Source: Lingula anatina
Lineage: Eukaryota > Animalia > Brachiopoda
NCBI GenBank assembly: GCA_051362555.1
Contig: CM120648.1
Span: 15,310,587-15,374,586, forward strand
Length of the DNA: 64,000 nt
Direction: 5' to 3'
Shown piece after piece: positions 13,164 to 26,900 of the stretch. A program made the position numbers and the translations under genes. Position 1 is the first letter of the stretch. Each line of letters begins with the position of its first letter. The notes under the pieces are model-generated. The model saw only the letters and a program-made list of their open reading frames with translations. It had not been told where the DNA came from and did no database searches.

Positions 13164-15739
13164 TATCCGGGTTTTAACTCTTCTTATTGTACGCCTCCCC
13201 TGTCTTAAGCCAGTTTTCCCGTGGTACATCACCCGCGCGATTTACAACCTGAGTTAATACAGTTATCAAAAGACCGCGTTAACATTGCGCAACTGACTGC
13301 AAACCCCACAAGTTTTATGACCGCGGCCCGACCGGCTCTTCACTCCCGAGCGGCTTACGACATTTTTATGACCCTTAGTCTACCGACAAGTCCTCGTGGG
13401 AATGTAGGGGTAGAAGAGCACGAGGCGGTCCGCTGTTTTAGGTACACCAGGCCCTCACGCTCGGGGAAGTTGCCGGAGAACTTGAACGCCGCAAGCAGGG
13501 CGCGCCGCAGGGCAGTGTTGACTATCAATAAATTTAGATCGTAGACACTGTGTCCTAATGTTCCAAACATAAAAAATATGAATAGCAGACTTTAAGACAC
13601 ATCATCTTTTATAAGTTCCTGTTTATTTTGGCTTCATATTTCACCTTTATTTCACAAGGTGATATTTTCTTTCAGCACCTTTTTATCTTACAGAGCAGAG
13701 ACCATTAGGAAACCGTAAAAACGCCGTAACCGAAATACAAACATACCAAGATTAAAACCCTAGGCCCGTGCTGAAGAAATAACTTCTCGTTTGAGTAATG
13801 TTAAGCATTTGATTAAGTGAAAAAATAAAAGAAAAGGAAAATAAAAAGATATTCCCCAGCAGGGTGTCAATAGGCGGGTGGGGCCGGCAAATGGAAGGGG
13901 AGAGGTGAGCAAATAGAGAATTAAATGTCAGCGAAGAGTTGCCCTCTTTCTTTTCTTACCCAAGCCTCTGGGAAAGATGTTCTCAATGTACCGGAGGGGG
14001 GGGGGGAGAAAACCGGATCAAACGAGGAAGAGCAATGTTTAATTTCCCTATTTAAAAGAACAGTTCAAGGAAAGGAAAATAAATAGAACGCGCTGCTGCC
14101 GACTGATTGACTGGCATCTCTATGTAACACCAGTAGCCGTTGATAAGGACAGATATTGCAGGTTTATGCGCCAAAACGTGGAGCGAAGGGCTTCCCAGAG
14201 GCGGTGATCCTGCCTTCATAGCGTGCAGGGTCGCCCCGGGAGCTGCAGTTAGTACCGGGATACCTTCACGCGCTTAGGCTAAAGATCCCAGTAATTGTTT
14301 CTTAACCATTTAAACTGTTGATTTACGCGTGCGCGTGTGGGTGCGCGATTATGCGTGGAAAGAGTGAGAGGTGCTCCTTTTCTCTTGCATACATTTCAGT
14401 TGGTGGTGGTGTGGGCATCCGTGTCGGGCAACACTTCATCCAAATCACTTTTTTTCTGAACATTTTTTTTTCGAAAAATCCAACTTGAACTTATCAACAG
14501 CCCAAATCCTCAAATGTTAAGGACGTCTTGGTCACCACTCGCATATGTAGGCAGAAGTACATCAGAAAATTTTATTATACAAACCTAAGTGTTTTCAAAC
14601 TAATCAAATTGTTATCACTTTACAGCGTTTCACAATTTTAATTGTTTAAAAAAAATAACTTAAAATGTGTATCGGAGCTAAAATTAGCGTCGGTCTGATG
14701 AGTTATTGTTATCATTACTATTATTATTATTATTAGTAGTAGTATTTTTGTTGTTGATATGACTTTACATTTTACTGTATTTCATTCTGTTGAGCTCAAG
14801 GGTGTTACAAATTGAAATGAAGCACTGGCTCCCGTTGTCCTGACAGAAGCTTGTCGTTGTTCCTCATCGCGTTCGCCTTGCACCCTGCTCTGATTTCTGG
14901 GAGGTTTTAGAAGCATCAATGATAGGCTGAGATGATATCGACTGTCGATTTACGAGACAGCACCCTCCAGGAAGCAAGACTGCAACGTTTTCGTGACCAA
15001 AGTTCACAACGCTACAAGAGCTGCCACCTTCACATGGAAAGAGGGGTGGGGGTGGGGGGTCTCGTCTCAAGACAAGAGCTATACTCAGCAAAAGGGGGTG
15101 GGGGGTCATACACCGGAATTAACACGTGTTTGCGGTAGGGGTGGAATATTTTTCCATCCAGGTATTTGAAACGGTATTAAACACATCCGCGCACTGACGA
15201 ATTACGCTAAAAACATACGTACGTGTGTGTGTGTGTATGTGTGAGTGTGTGTGTGTTAGTATATGTGTGTACGTGTGTGAGTGGGGGGAGGGGGGGGGGA
15301 CAAAAGTCACAATATATATAGTGGCGTGGGGGATATCGTTTCTGGACGGACGTCTACAGACAACAACAGCGCCCAGAACACAAGAAGAGCCAGATATATA
15401 TATATATATATATATATATAGGCTACGGTCATGACTCGGTCTGTTCAATGGGCAAAAAATATCAAACTTTCAGACATATAAATTTATAATCGGAAAAATT
15501 ATATTTCTAATAGCATTTGTGGTGCTTTTGCTGTAGAGAATAGAACTATAGAGTAGCATGTCCTTTTTTGTAATTTTGTTGCTCTCACTTAAAAGGAATG
15601 CTATAATTTTAAGAAATTATGACTAAAAAATCACAATTTCCCTCCACTGATCGAGTAACTATGGTATTTTAATTAAAATCCTACAGTGTCCCAAGAGTAC
15701 TATGTACCTAAACACTATGTACCTAAAAACAGTATGCTG

Positions 15740-15773
<34 letters not shown>

Positions 15774-15887
15774 GCACAGAAACAATAGTAATAAATAGTA
15801 ATATCATTAACATTTCCGCGTGTTCCAGCACCATCTGACCCTCTCCTGAAGCAACCTTGAGCTCCAGACAGGTCTCCCCTCCTCTAT

Positions 15888-16023
15888 ATCCTCTACCAGG
15901 GCCACAGTTATTATTATGTGGACATTTTCCCTGAGTGCAGTACAGAGGATAAACCTCTGAATTTAACCATAGACATATCTGTGAATATCTAGTGATGAAT
16001 CAATCTGTGGCCCTGGTAGAGGG
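15888..16023. mobile_element. Short hairpin MITE (TA-flanked)
   Basis: Inverted ends CCTCTACCAGGGCCACAG ... CTGTGGCCCTGGTAGAGG. Confidence 0.75.
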
Positions 16024-17186
16024 TATCTTCTCTACACCCTTCTCTATATACTGCATGCCTCGGCTGAATACACTGGTCCTCTTGTGTGGTGTGGGAATTC
16101 CACTGATTCCTGATACATCAAATAACTCCAAGTAACAAGAAACAAATCTGTTTTTTTTTTTTACAAATCATATATTCATTTGAAATAAATTAACAGATTA
16201 ACATTAAAAAATACATCAAAAGCAAAGCTGGCACTCATTAAATAATTGCAATCAAATAAAATATACAGTAATTACAAGATCTTTTCAATGGGGAAAATTG
16301 CACATTTTACTGATACTGTATTTTTTAAGTCAGAATTTCTGAAAATCAAAACATTATTATTGAGTGGTTGTAACAAAATTAAAAAGCAAGCTACTCTGCT
16401 GTTGTATTCTATGCTATTAAAGCACCATATATGCTATACAGAAACAATTTTGTGAGAATAAAATTATGCATCTGAAAGTTTGATCATTTTTGCCCATTGA
16501 AAAGACTGAGTCATTACAGCAAGAAATAAGTTAAGAGTACATATTGTATGATCACCACTGTATTGATTTGCTTGAATAATACATGTTAACAAAATATAAA
16601 GTGCACATGTTCTAAATAAAAAAAATAATATTGAGAAACATGGAAGCTTGTAATAGTGAGATGAAAATGATAAAATTATATTACTAGAATTAGTGCTTTA
16701 ATGGAAGAAAAAAATAAAGTGGTAAATAAATATACAACAATAAATACTAGAATGTAAAAACAGGCACAAGACTGTAGCATAGATGTTGAGTTTTGTAAGA
16801 TATGGGTGAAAAGAGAGAAACAGGAGTTCAAAACCAGAAATTACACTTAATATATAAACATATGTGAATATATACCTCAGAAACTCATTTTCAGCCAAAA
16901 TCAACTGAACACTACATGCATTTCAAGCATGTTCACTCTAAGTAAATTGCACTTCTCATCAGGGATAATATTTACTTCACAGGCCATTATATTCTCTCAA
17001 AACAAGTGTTCACAATAAGTTTAACAAAAATACTTTTCATAGCCCCCTTTCCATGGTGTAAAATACAGTTACATGTGAAGAGACAGTCATGATTGGAGTT
17101 CACAGCAGATGCTTCGTAGAAAACTTTCCAACAACAGTCACAGCCAGACACCCTAAGATTGAAGAAGATAGGACTGATCAGTTTTC

Positions 17187-17453
17187 CAAGGGCGGATCCA
17201 GGATTTTTGGAAGGGGGGGGGTCTGCGGATGTGAAGCCAACCCTCCCTCTTGGCATGAGGCTTGGGGCCCCGCTGAAGGGCTCCAAAAATTTTGGTTTTT
17301 AGAGGGTGAACAGTGCCATTTATTAGCGTTTAAAACTATGATTTAGCTAGTCAAAATTCTAATTTCTATAGGGGACCATTGGTGTGATTGTTTTTCAGAA
17401 ATTGAAGGGATGGTCCGCACCCCCGACACCCCCCCTCCCTAAATCCGCCACTG
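17187..17453. mobile_element. CAGGGGCGGATCC-type MITE
   Basis: CAAGGGCGGATCCAGG..G-run / C-run..AAATCCGCCACTG, with flanks GTTTTC/ATTTTC. Related ends at 23781-23939 and 34566-34580. Confidence 0.75.
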
Positions 17454-17898
17454 ATTTTCTGTGTCTTCTGAACCTCAGGGTGCTTTAAGAGGCACCACCC
17501 CATCAATCAACTCATCTCATATCTGTCCTGTGCAGAATATCTTATTGTATGAATATTGCATATTAAAAGGTAATGGAAATGGGAATTGTATAAAAATAGG
17601 TATATGGAAAATCTTATGGTCACCTGATTATTAAGTAATTGTAATTTGCCTTTTTTCACTTGACATTGAGCAATGATAGAGTTTGATCACCTTCGCAGTT
17701 GCTATCCAACATATGAAAAAAATTAAAAATAGAAATTCTGTATAAATACAAACTAATTACACAATAAGAGTACACTTTTAAAAACAAGGCTTATTTATAA
17801 AACAAGCCAAGCAATATAAATTCCACCTTATAACAACATTAAAGTAGATGGCGCCAGGTGTCTGGAGGGACTGGAATGTGGAGGAGAGCTGGTGCCAT

Positions 17899-19969
17899 CT
17901 ATCCACTGCTCGTGTCACTGCTCCACTGGGACCAGGTGCTGCTCTTCTTCCACTTTCTCTTCTGCTGCCGTGGTTTCTTCTTCATTCCATTCTGAATCTG
18001 GTCTTGCATGTCGTCTGTGACTGCTTGGCCTCTCTTCAGCAGCTGTTTGGGCAGCCTGGACATCACCTCCTGGACCTGGAAACAGCAAAATATTCCCAGT
18101 CAGTGACACAGGTTACAGTGCAATATTAATACAAAGACCAGAAAAAATAAGTTAAAGTAACAAACACTAAAACAATGGGTTTGGTCAAACACTCAGATTC
18201 AGATTTTATATTTCTCACACACTTGACTTTTAACTACTGTGAAAAGTCTACCTCATCTTGTAAATTGTTAACTGGCTTAAATGTCTGTCACACCTACTGA
18301 ATCAGCTAGGGTGTAAAGGTAATTACCCCATAACAGCTTTGCTAGGTGTGACAGACATTTAAGTTGACAGCAATTTAGTGAGACTCCCCAGGGAGATAGA
18401 TCGATCCAAATATCTGTGGGAATGATCCCTTAAATCGAGATGTAAAGAAAAATAGTTTTTTTATGGACCATCCTATATATTAACACAATGGTTTTCTTAC
18501 CAATCACAAATATGTAACACTATATCTTAGAACCCTTTATATCTGAACAATAGCTATTACCTCCATTTTACCCAATACTGGTTTACTACAGATAAAACCT
18601 GATCTACTGTGTTAGAGAAGACTTTGAGAAGATTTGATCATAATGGATTAACTGTGTTAGAGAAGATGAAAGAGAATTCCCACACAAAAATGAATATGAG
18701 TAGTTTTTTCTCAACATAACTTAAATACCAAAACATTAATTAGCTTTCCAGTAAATTTCAAGTGATCAGAGAGTAAAGAGGCATATGCTAGAGTAATATC
18801 TTAAGACCTCCGCAGCGTATGTTCACCTGTTCCTGTGGACTTGTGTAGGGAAGACTGTGGTTCCAGCCAGTACATGGGACAACTTCCCAGTGAATATTTA
18901 CCTGTTCCTGGGGACTGTTGTAGGGAAGACTGGGACTCCAGCCAGTACATGGGACAACTTCTCAGTGAGTATTTACCTGTTCCTGGGGACTGTTGTAGGG
19001 AAGACTGGGATTCCAGCCAGTACATGGGACAACTTCTCAGTGAATATTTACCTGTTCCTGGGGACTGTTGTAGGGAAGACTGGGATTCCAGCCAGTATGT
19101 GGGACAACTTCCCAGTGAGTATTTACCTGTTCCTGGGGACTGTTGTAGGGAAGACTGGGATTCCAGCCAGTACGCGGGACATTGCCTGCCTTCAGGATCT
19201 CCTCCAACACCACCCTGTAGTTCACTGAGTTCATCACCTGACTGGACACAGCAAGAGTCTCCTCTGGGTTGTAAGCCTGGAGAGGAGGAACCAGAACAAT
19301 ACTGAGTGAAATACTGGAATTAGACTCCAAGTATGAAGGCTTCTGAACAGTTGTCATATGAAGAGAGAGAGAGAAGAGAGGGAGAGGGAGAGAGAGAAGG
19401 AGAAAGGGAAAGCAAGGAGCGAGAGAAAGGGACACACTTTTCAAACAGGTTGTCAAACAGATAATGAGGCAGGCAAACAAACAGACAATCAAATAAAAAG
19501 GCAGAAAGACGGACAAACATACAGACATTGACAGACAGACAGACAGAAAGGCAGACAAACAGATAGATAGGCAAACAGACAGAAAGACACACAGGCAGAC
19601 AAACAGACAGACAAATGAACAGACACACAGACAGACATACATACAGCCAGACAGAGTACCTGATGAAACCACCCAGGTGGTATAATCAGCAGTTCTCCCG
19701 GGAGCTGGTCCACGTCTATGGTCACCAGCTGACTGACCAGTGGGTATGTATTCAGGTCAAGGTCATACAGGTCAACTGGGCTGAAATGGAGGCTTAGGTC
19801 TGATCACAATGGTCAACTACATGCATGATGTAGAAATTTATTGTTTATAGTTGAAATTACAAGATAAATGTTATTATGCTAACGATTTCTTGAAGTACAT
19901 ATTTCGTTAAAATATAGGTTGGCATGCGCAAAGAGTGAATGAAATGCTTTGCTGCCTGTCATATTCTTT

Positions 19970-20017
<48 letters not shown>

Positions 20018-20939
20018 GGATCTGTGGAATAGTATTTATAATCTATGGGATTAGTGCCAATGGAGAGAAACACAGGGAAGTAACCTTACAAAGATAAGAG
20101 TGATGCCAACACGAAGAAATAACACAAAACCAACAAATGCTATGATAAATGGGATGTGTTCACTTTGGCCACAAAATGAATTTTCCTGGAGTAAACAACA
20201 ATTTTCCCATTCTTACCAATGGTTAACAAATCCATTTCTACATACAAAGTTATATGGTTTTATGTTATAATCTCTTAAGTAAGAGATTATTACAGAGTAT
20301 AGCTATCTATGGATGTCAAGTGGTCTGATGACAAGCCCAGATATCAGTATAATTGCAATAAGAGCCGATATTGTGGTAAAACAAAATATATTATATTTCT
20401 ATGAGTTGCTTACACTGTTTTTATTGTGAAATATAGATCTCATACGAAGAGTTATTATCCCTTTAAGGGTTGAGGAAAAAATGGCTACCCTACCACACAC
20501 ACATACAAAACTATACATCATTTTCATTCTGGTGAAGGAGGGGTTAATAAGGACAATAAGAGAATAGGTATGCTGTACAAACTTCCAATGTTATGTCAGA
20601 GATCATACTATTAGAGTGAAAATCTCAGTAAAATCCTACCTGTTGTATTTGTAACACTCCAAAGGAAATCCTGACATTTTCCCTTCTTTCACATACAGAA
20701 GGTGGTCCTGTCCAGGTGGAATCAACTGGAATATAACATATATATATATGTAACATATATCAACATGTACATACAGAAGGTGGTCCTGTCTAGGTGGAAT
20801 CAACAAGAATACAATATTTATCAACATGAACATAGAAATGGTTGACTAGAATAAGAACATGAATATAATGGGTGTAAGAATTGTTTACAAAACACTGCTT
20901 TTTCTCGTGTTATTCTTGATACCTGCCAAATCGCTCGTC

Positions 20940-20970
<31 letters not shown>

Positions 20971-23900
20971 CAAAAGGAGGATATTGAAATTAAGAGCACA
21001 ATAAAACTGACTGGGCCATTAAAAATGAATTTGAAGCCAGACTGGTAAAATTTTGTGATCATGTCTAAAGTAACTGGTCACCATTTCTTTAAAGAGACAC
21101 TACATTCTGAGACCCTGGTTTTCCTGAAGGTCATTAGGCTATGTGTTAGTGCAGACTGACATAGACCATCAACTTACCTTCCACTGTTTCCTCCCCTTAA
21201 TGACAGCGTTGGTACCTGTCCAGTTGTAGGGGTCAATGTGAAGAGAGGAGCGTGAGTGCGGCGTACCCCACAGCAACATGGCGTTCCAGGGACGTACTTC
21301 CTCAGGGAACAGCTGAAAGTAATCCTCCTTCAGGTACTCCTGCAATGGTGGTTGATTGCTTTACATCACTTGTGTCACTGGACCACAGCAACTGAACAAT
21401 GGTTGGTTAACACTACATAATGTTTATGATTATTTTGACTGTGATAACATCTACTGTATTATAAAGTTCTAACATGACAGTAGAATAAGCTGATGCATAA
21501 AAAGAAGTTTGCTGAAAATATCAGTCCTTTATGTAAACTTCCCGACAAAAGTGCCAGGAAAATGCTTCAATATTTAGAAATGCCATTGTTGTCACGCTCT
21601 GTTGTAAGTTCTCTGCAGCAACCCGCATCTCATAACAGTTGAAGTCTAATAGCTGACTCATGTTTATTGATCAAAAAATTGTTGGAGCTTAAAAAAATTC
21701 AGCCTGCCAATTATCTAAAAACACGCTTTCTTGGGATCCTTCATGAAATTTTCTTTAGCAATCTGCACAAACAAATCATGATAATTTAATGAGGAACAGA
21801 TAAAGGGGGCTTATCAAAAATTCCACTTTTCCCTCAATTTATTCCATAATGTATCACAGGGACTCATTTCCTGAGGTATAAGTTCTGCCCACGCCCACTC
21901 ACACATTCCCCCACGTCTCTCCTCAGCTGTGGTCTCGTAGGAATGAACAGCTCATCTTCCACATAGGTCCACCGCCTGAACGTCCCCTCATGGGCGTGTT
22001 TGAAGTAGAGCTCCAGGGGGAGGGCCAGACTCTCTGCGTTGTCTAGGCGACCCTAAAATATACAACACAACATAAGACTTCCCATGTGACTTTTGATAAT
22101 ATATGACCACATTAAGAACAGCAGACTAATAGATCAGTGGATCAAATATGGTCACCCATTAAAAAGCTTGCCACTTAATTTTCTGATAAGACACTGAATA
22201 GATTCCCTGTGGGTATGATGAAACAAGCATTCAAGTGGGTCTGTCATATTTGATCCATGAATCTGTTAGTCTGCTTTTCTGAATGCGCTCTATGTTTATG
22301 CTGTTCAACAAATGATCCCATCCTTACTGGTCTTACTGGTCAATCAATTTGAAGTAAAATACATGTGAATGATTTACTGCTTTGAATTGAGTGCTTTAAT
22401 GCATTTGAGTTGAGGACTGCTTGGTGAGGTAGATAATGGCATCCTTATTTTGTAGCCCCAGATATCTTTTATATAATGGATATTTAAAGCTTTTAATACA
22501 CCCCATTTCCATAGATTTTAGATAGATCTATCCCTGAGGGGAGTCTAACTAGATTACTGTCAGCTTAGCTGGCTTAAGCATCTGTCCCGCCTACAAAAAG
22601 CTGTAAGGGGGTAATTAACTATGGCTGACTGCAATTTAGCGTGAACCCCCAGGGAGTTAGGTCGATCTAAATCTTAATCTCTGGATCGATCTAAATCTCT
22701 AGGAAAGCACCCATAGATAAAACTTTAAATATCATAAACATTAAGACTGGACAATTTAAGTATTCCCATACATGATGGTTCTTTACTAAAAAACACTTCA
22801 CTAATACTGTTTACTAGTAATATATCAAAAGATATTCTGTACAATATATATCCCACTAATGTGATACTGCAGTTACCACAGAAATTACAATTACTCATAT
22901 CGTTACTTACATCGACAGCCTTCATAGTAATCCTGTCCTTCCCATAATACTTCAGCAGAAACTGTTTACTCCAGTGGTAGGCGCCCCATTTGGGGACCAC
23001 ATCTGTGATAATCACGGGCCTGAAATCAAGACACCCATATCAATTTTCAAATGAGGACCTCATCTGTGACAAATAAAGAGCACTGAAGATTCATATCAAA
23101 TCACCATATAGATCTTTGAGAAATAAATAAGTTATAATACTGATGCATCTATGAAGATCTACTATAAAGATGTAATATGTAATCCAAACTTTCGGCCCCT
23201 ATGCCTTCTTTAGCGATTTTTCATTAAAATGATGTCAAAAAAACACCAACAGCCTGAAAATTGTGCATCAAAACTTTATCAGTTTTCAGTTAAAAATTAA
23301 ACTGGCGCCACCTATCTTTGCAAGCAGTTTGACTGAAGTATAAGCTCTATAAATTGACGCCCCTTGTTGTGCCACCATTTGGGACTTTTGAGAGCTTTAT
23401 TTCCTCAAACTCACTCAGAATCTGCACTCAAGTAGACTATTATTTATTTGTCCATGTCAAAGAATAAAAATATTTTTGATATTGAAATAAAAACACATTT
23501 CAACTTAAGTGTGGGCATACTGTAGAATATGTTTACTGCTTTGTAACATGAGGCAGTTATATGTAAGTAAACATGTTCCACTGAGTAAACATGATAACAT
23601 TTTTTGTTTGTTCTTTGTAATGTAAAAAAACCCAGCAAATTCACGTCAAGTTGGTAAACATTACGTCAATTTTGAAGTCATTATAGCACCTCTGGACAGA
23701 CCAGGAAGTGGTCATGCATAAAACTGGTGTTACTGGGATACACTGTGGTATACTTTGTCAACAAATGTGAAAATATATTACAGGGGCGGATTCAGAAATA
23801 TTTTCTGACAGTCTTCCAAATTATCTTTGTTGATCCATCCTCCATTTTTGACTGTCTTCTAACAGAAAAAAGTCGATACCTGTCAGTGTAAACTTGAAAA

Positions 23901-26900
23901 TCTGACTGTCTTCAAGAAGACGGTCTCAATCTGCCCCGAATTTATACAGTATAACAAAAATGACATGATCTGATTTTCACATTTCATCTTATTTATAATG
24001 TCAACAAGTGTCCCTACCAAGCTCCATCATAAACATCAGTGAATTCTTGTCGGCTGAGATTGGCCCTTTTGTCTATATGAGTGGTGCTGTAGTTGTAGGC
24101 ATATTTCTTCATGTTCATCTCTCGCTGGGCCAAAGCAGATAGGTGGTCAAAAGAAAAAGTCTTGAACTCATACCTAATCAAAAAGAGAATAACATGAGAA
24201 TAATACTAATAATACTAATACTAATACTTATTATTCAAGTAACAGTTAGGATATATGCAGTGTCAAGTTTCCATTAACATTTCATACAGTGTTAATAATG
24301 TTTATGCACAAAAACTGAAAAAGTATTGAAAATAGGATACAATCACATTGATATATTAAATTCATCACAAACTTAGGGAAGTGTGCATTGGTAGCAGCAT
24401 TTACACTCACCATCTAAAATCACTGATGAGTTTAACAGTAGAGCAAAAATCTTTATTTTTTTATTAGACATGCTTTGCTTCACACATTCATCACATTATT
24501 TTGTTTGCTTAGGGATGTTTCCATGCACTTAATATAACAGATATAACCACAGTCTCTCAGGAGTTACACAGGCGGACTAAGCCCTGGTGTTTTAACAAAA
24601 TAAACCACGGACTCCTGATCCTGCACAAAGGCTTCGTTCACATGCAATGTCTATTTTCTAAATTCTATTTTCTATTCGCGCTATCTTATGATCACGGTCT
24701 GTGCCCTGAATATCCCGCCGCGTAATTAGTGGCAGCGCGAGCCAGTTACTTATAGTAACTTATAGTAACTGGCTCGCGCTGCCAGTAATTACGCCGTGGG
24801 ATATTCAGGGCACAGACTGTGATCATAAGACATACCGCGAATAGAAAATAGAATTTAGAAAATAGACACTGCATGTGAATGAAGCCAAAGAGCCCACTCA
24901 GAGCAGCAGACTAACAGAGCCAGTGATCAAATATGGTGACCCACTAAAAAGCTTGCCATTTCTCCCGATAAGACACAGAATGGATTCCCTGCAGGGATTA
25001 TGCAACAAGCACTAAAGTGGGTCGGCCATACTTGATCGGCGGATCTGTTGGTCCGCTGTTCTAAATGTGCTCTTAGATAATTCCCACACTGAGGTCCCCA
25101 TAAGAATGAAGTAACTTGTCTTCAGTCCACAGTTTCATATTGAAATAGTTCTACTTCCATAATTTCGATGTCTAGCAGAACATCTTCATCAAGGAATGAG
25201 GCCATCCAGGCGAATAAAATTAAAATTTAAAAATAAAAAAAAAGAAAAAAGACGAAGAAAAATTACTTCATTTTTACAACATAACGCAGTTAATAAAATT
25301 CTTCTCAGAGGTTCCATGTTTTGGATGTCCTCCAACTCAGTCTTACTCAGGCTCCATGTACTCCAGGTATTTTTGCTTCAGATGCTTCCAGTTCCACGCC
25401 AGAAGAGGCACGTTAACGACAGTGAACACAAGCAGACAAAGCCGGTCCCAGTGAATGTGGGGTTCATGCTTCTGACGCTTTACTTTTCGCCGTACACTGG
25501 GTCGTTCTGCTTTTTTCTTCTCTTCTGAAAATCATATCTTTGTATCATTTATCAATATCAAATAATGGGTATAAAGTTACAAATAATTATCATTATCAAA
25601 TTATCATTATTAATTATAACTTAATGGGCAATTTACATTTTCATTTCAAGTGATAACGATCACAAATTTTTAGTATTTTTTCATGAAATCATTATCTTAC
25701 TAATGTTACTAAATAATTGAGTAGTCATTCAAACTGTTGTCAAAGCCACTGTCATCCCTGCTATTGATCACTTGGTCTTTTTCAATATTTCACCTGTTAT
25801 GTGTTTATCATTTCATTGTTATGCATTAAAAATAAACCAGGATCAATGAATCAGACTACACTGTAGCAGACTACACTGTGGCATATTACACTTTAGCAGC
25901 AGGCAGATGGCAGCTCCACTAAAATTCATCATGACAGGTACAAGACTGGTTTTTCTCACTCTTCTTATAGGAATCTTGGAGATTAAGTAAACAAACAAAC
26001 AACTTACAAATGAACAATATCTTAACAATGACAATGGATAAAAAATAATAATTCTCCTCTCTTTCTGCCATTTTTATGTGGTAATTGCCAAACTCTTTCA
26101 CATGCTCATGAGAACTGTAATAAAGCTCTTTTTATTTATTTATTTTTTTTCCTTTTGGATATGTGACTATATGGATTTATAACATTACCTTTATTTTTGT
26201 CATTTTCCTGTGTTTCTGTCTTTGTTTTATGGAGCTTCACATTTCTCATGATCCCCTGTAAGACAGCTAGCAGTGGCAGCATGACTGATACATAGAGAAG
26301 AAAACTCACAATTTACAGTCAAACAATGATGGGATGATTAAAATTATGACTTATTTGTTAATCATTTCATCTAAATCAAGGAATTTCTAGTAGCCATCAC
26401 TTAAGTGTAGTTATGGGATTTTTATTTGAAAAAGTATTTGAAAGTAAATGTGCTAATATTATTCTGCGTTTAACAGTAACTTACCCTTACTACTTTCTAT
26501 ATCTAACATAAAATGCTTAACAAGCCAGCATCCAGTAGATTAAATTTCAGTTATCAGCTTGGAGAAAATGGGTTTGTCTATAATATTTTAATTTTTCATC
26601 CTGGTTGATATTGTAGATCTACAATTTCAGTGTAAAAGCACTCCTTTTTAAGGCAACTTATGGAGTTAACCATAAACAATTACAATTTATGGTGAAAAAC
26701 AACTGTCATGAATGTTAAAATCCTGAGATTGGGTGGAGTGCACAGTGGTAATATGTTTTTGTTGTTTTCTATATTCCCTGGTTATGCGTGATAAAGGAGG
26801 ACCACATTCTCCCCGACACATATTTCATATTTCTCTACAATTTAGGGAAAAAAGGAAATGTTGGACGTTTTATGAAAACATGAGTACATCTCAAGGGTAG

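Noticed and set aside
13221-15450. Short ORFs upstream of Wnt4
   Set aside because: No recognisable domains. They arise from CpG-rich promoter-like DNA and (GT)n or (TA)n repeats.
18801-19305. Cys-containing repeat proteins on the plus strand and in alternative frames
   Set aside because: These are antisense or off-frame translations of the 75-bp junction array.
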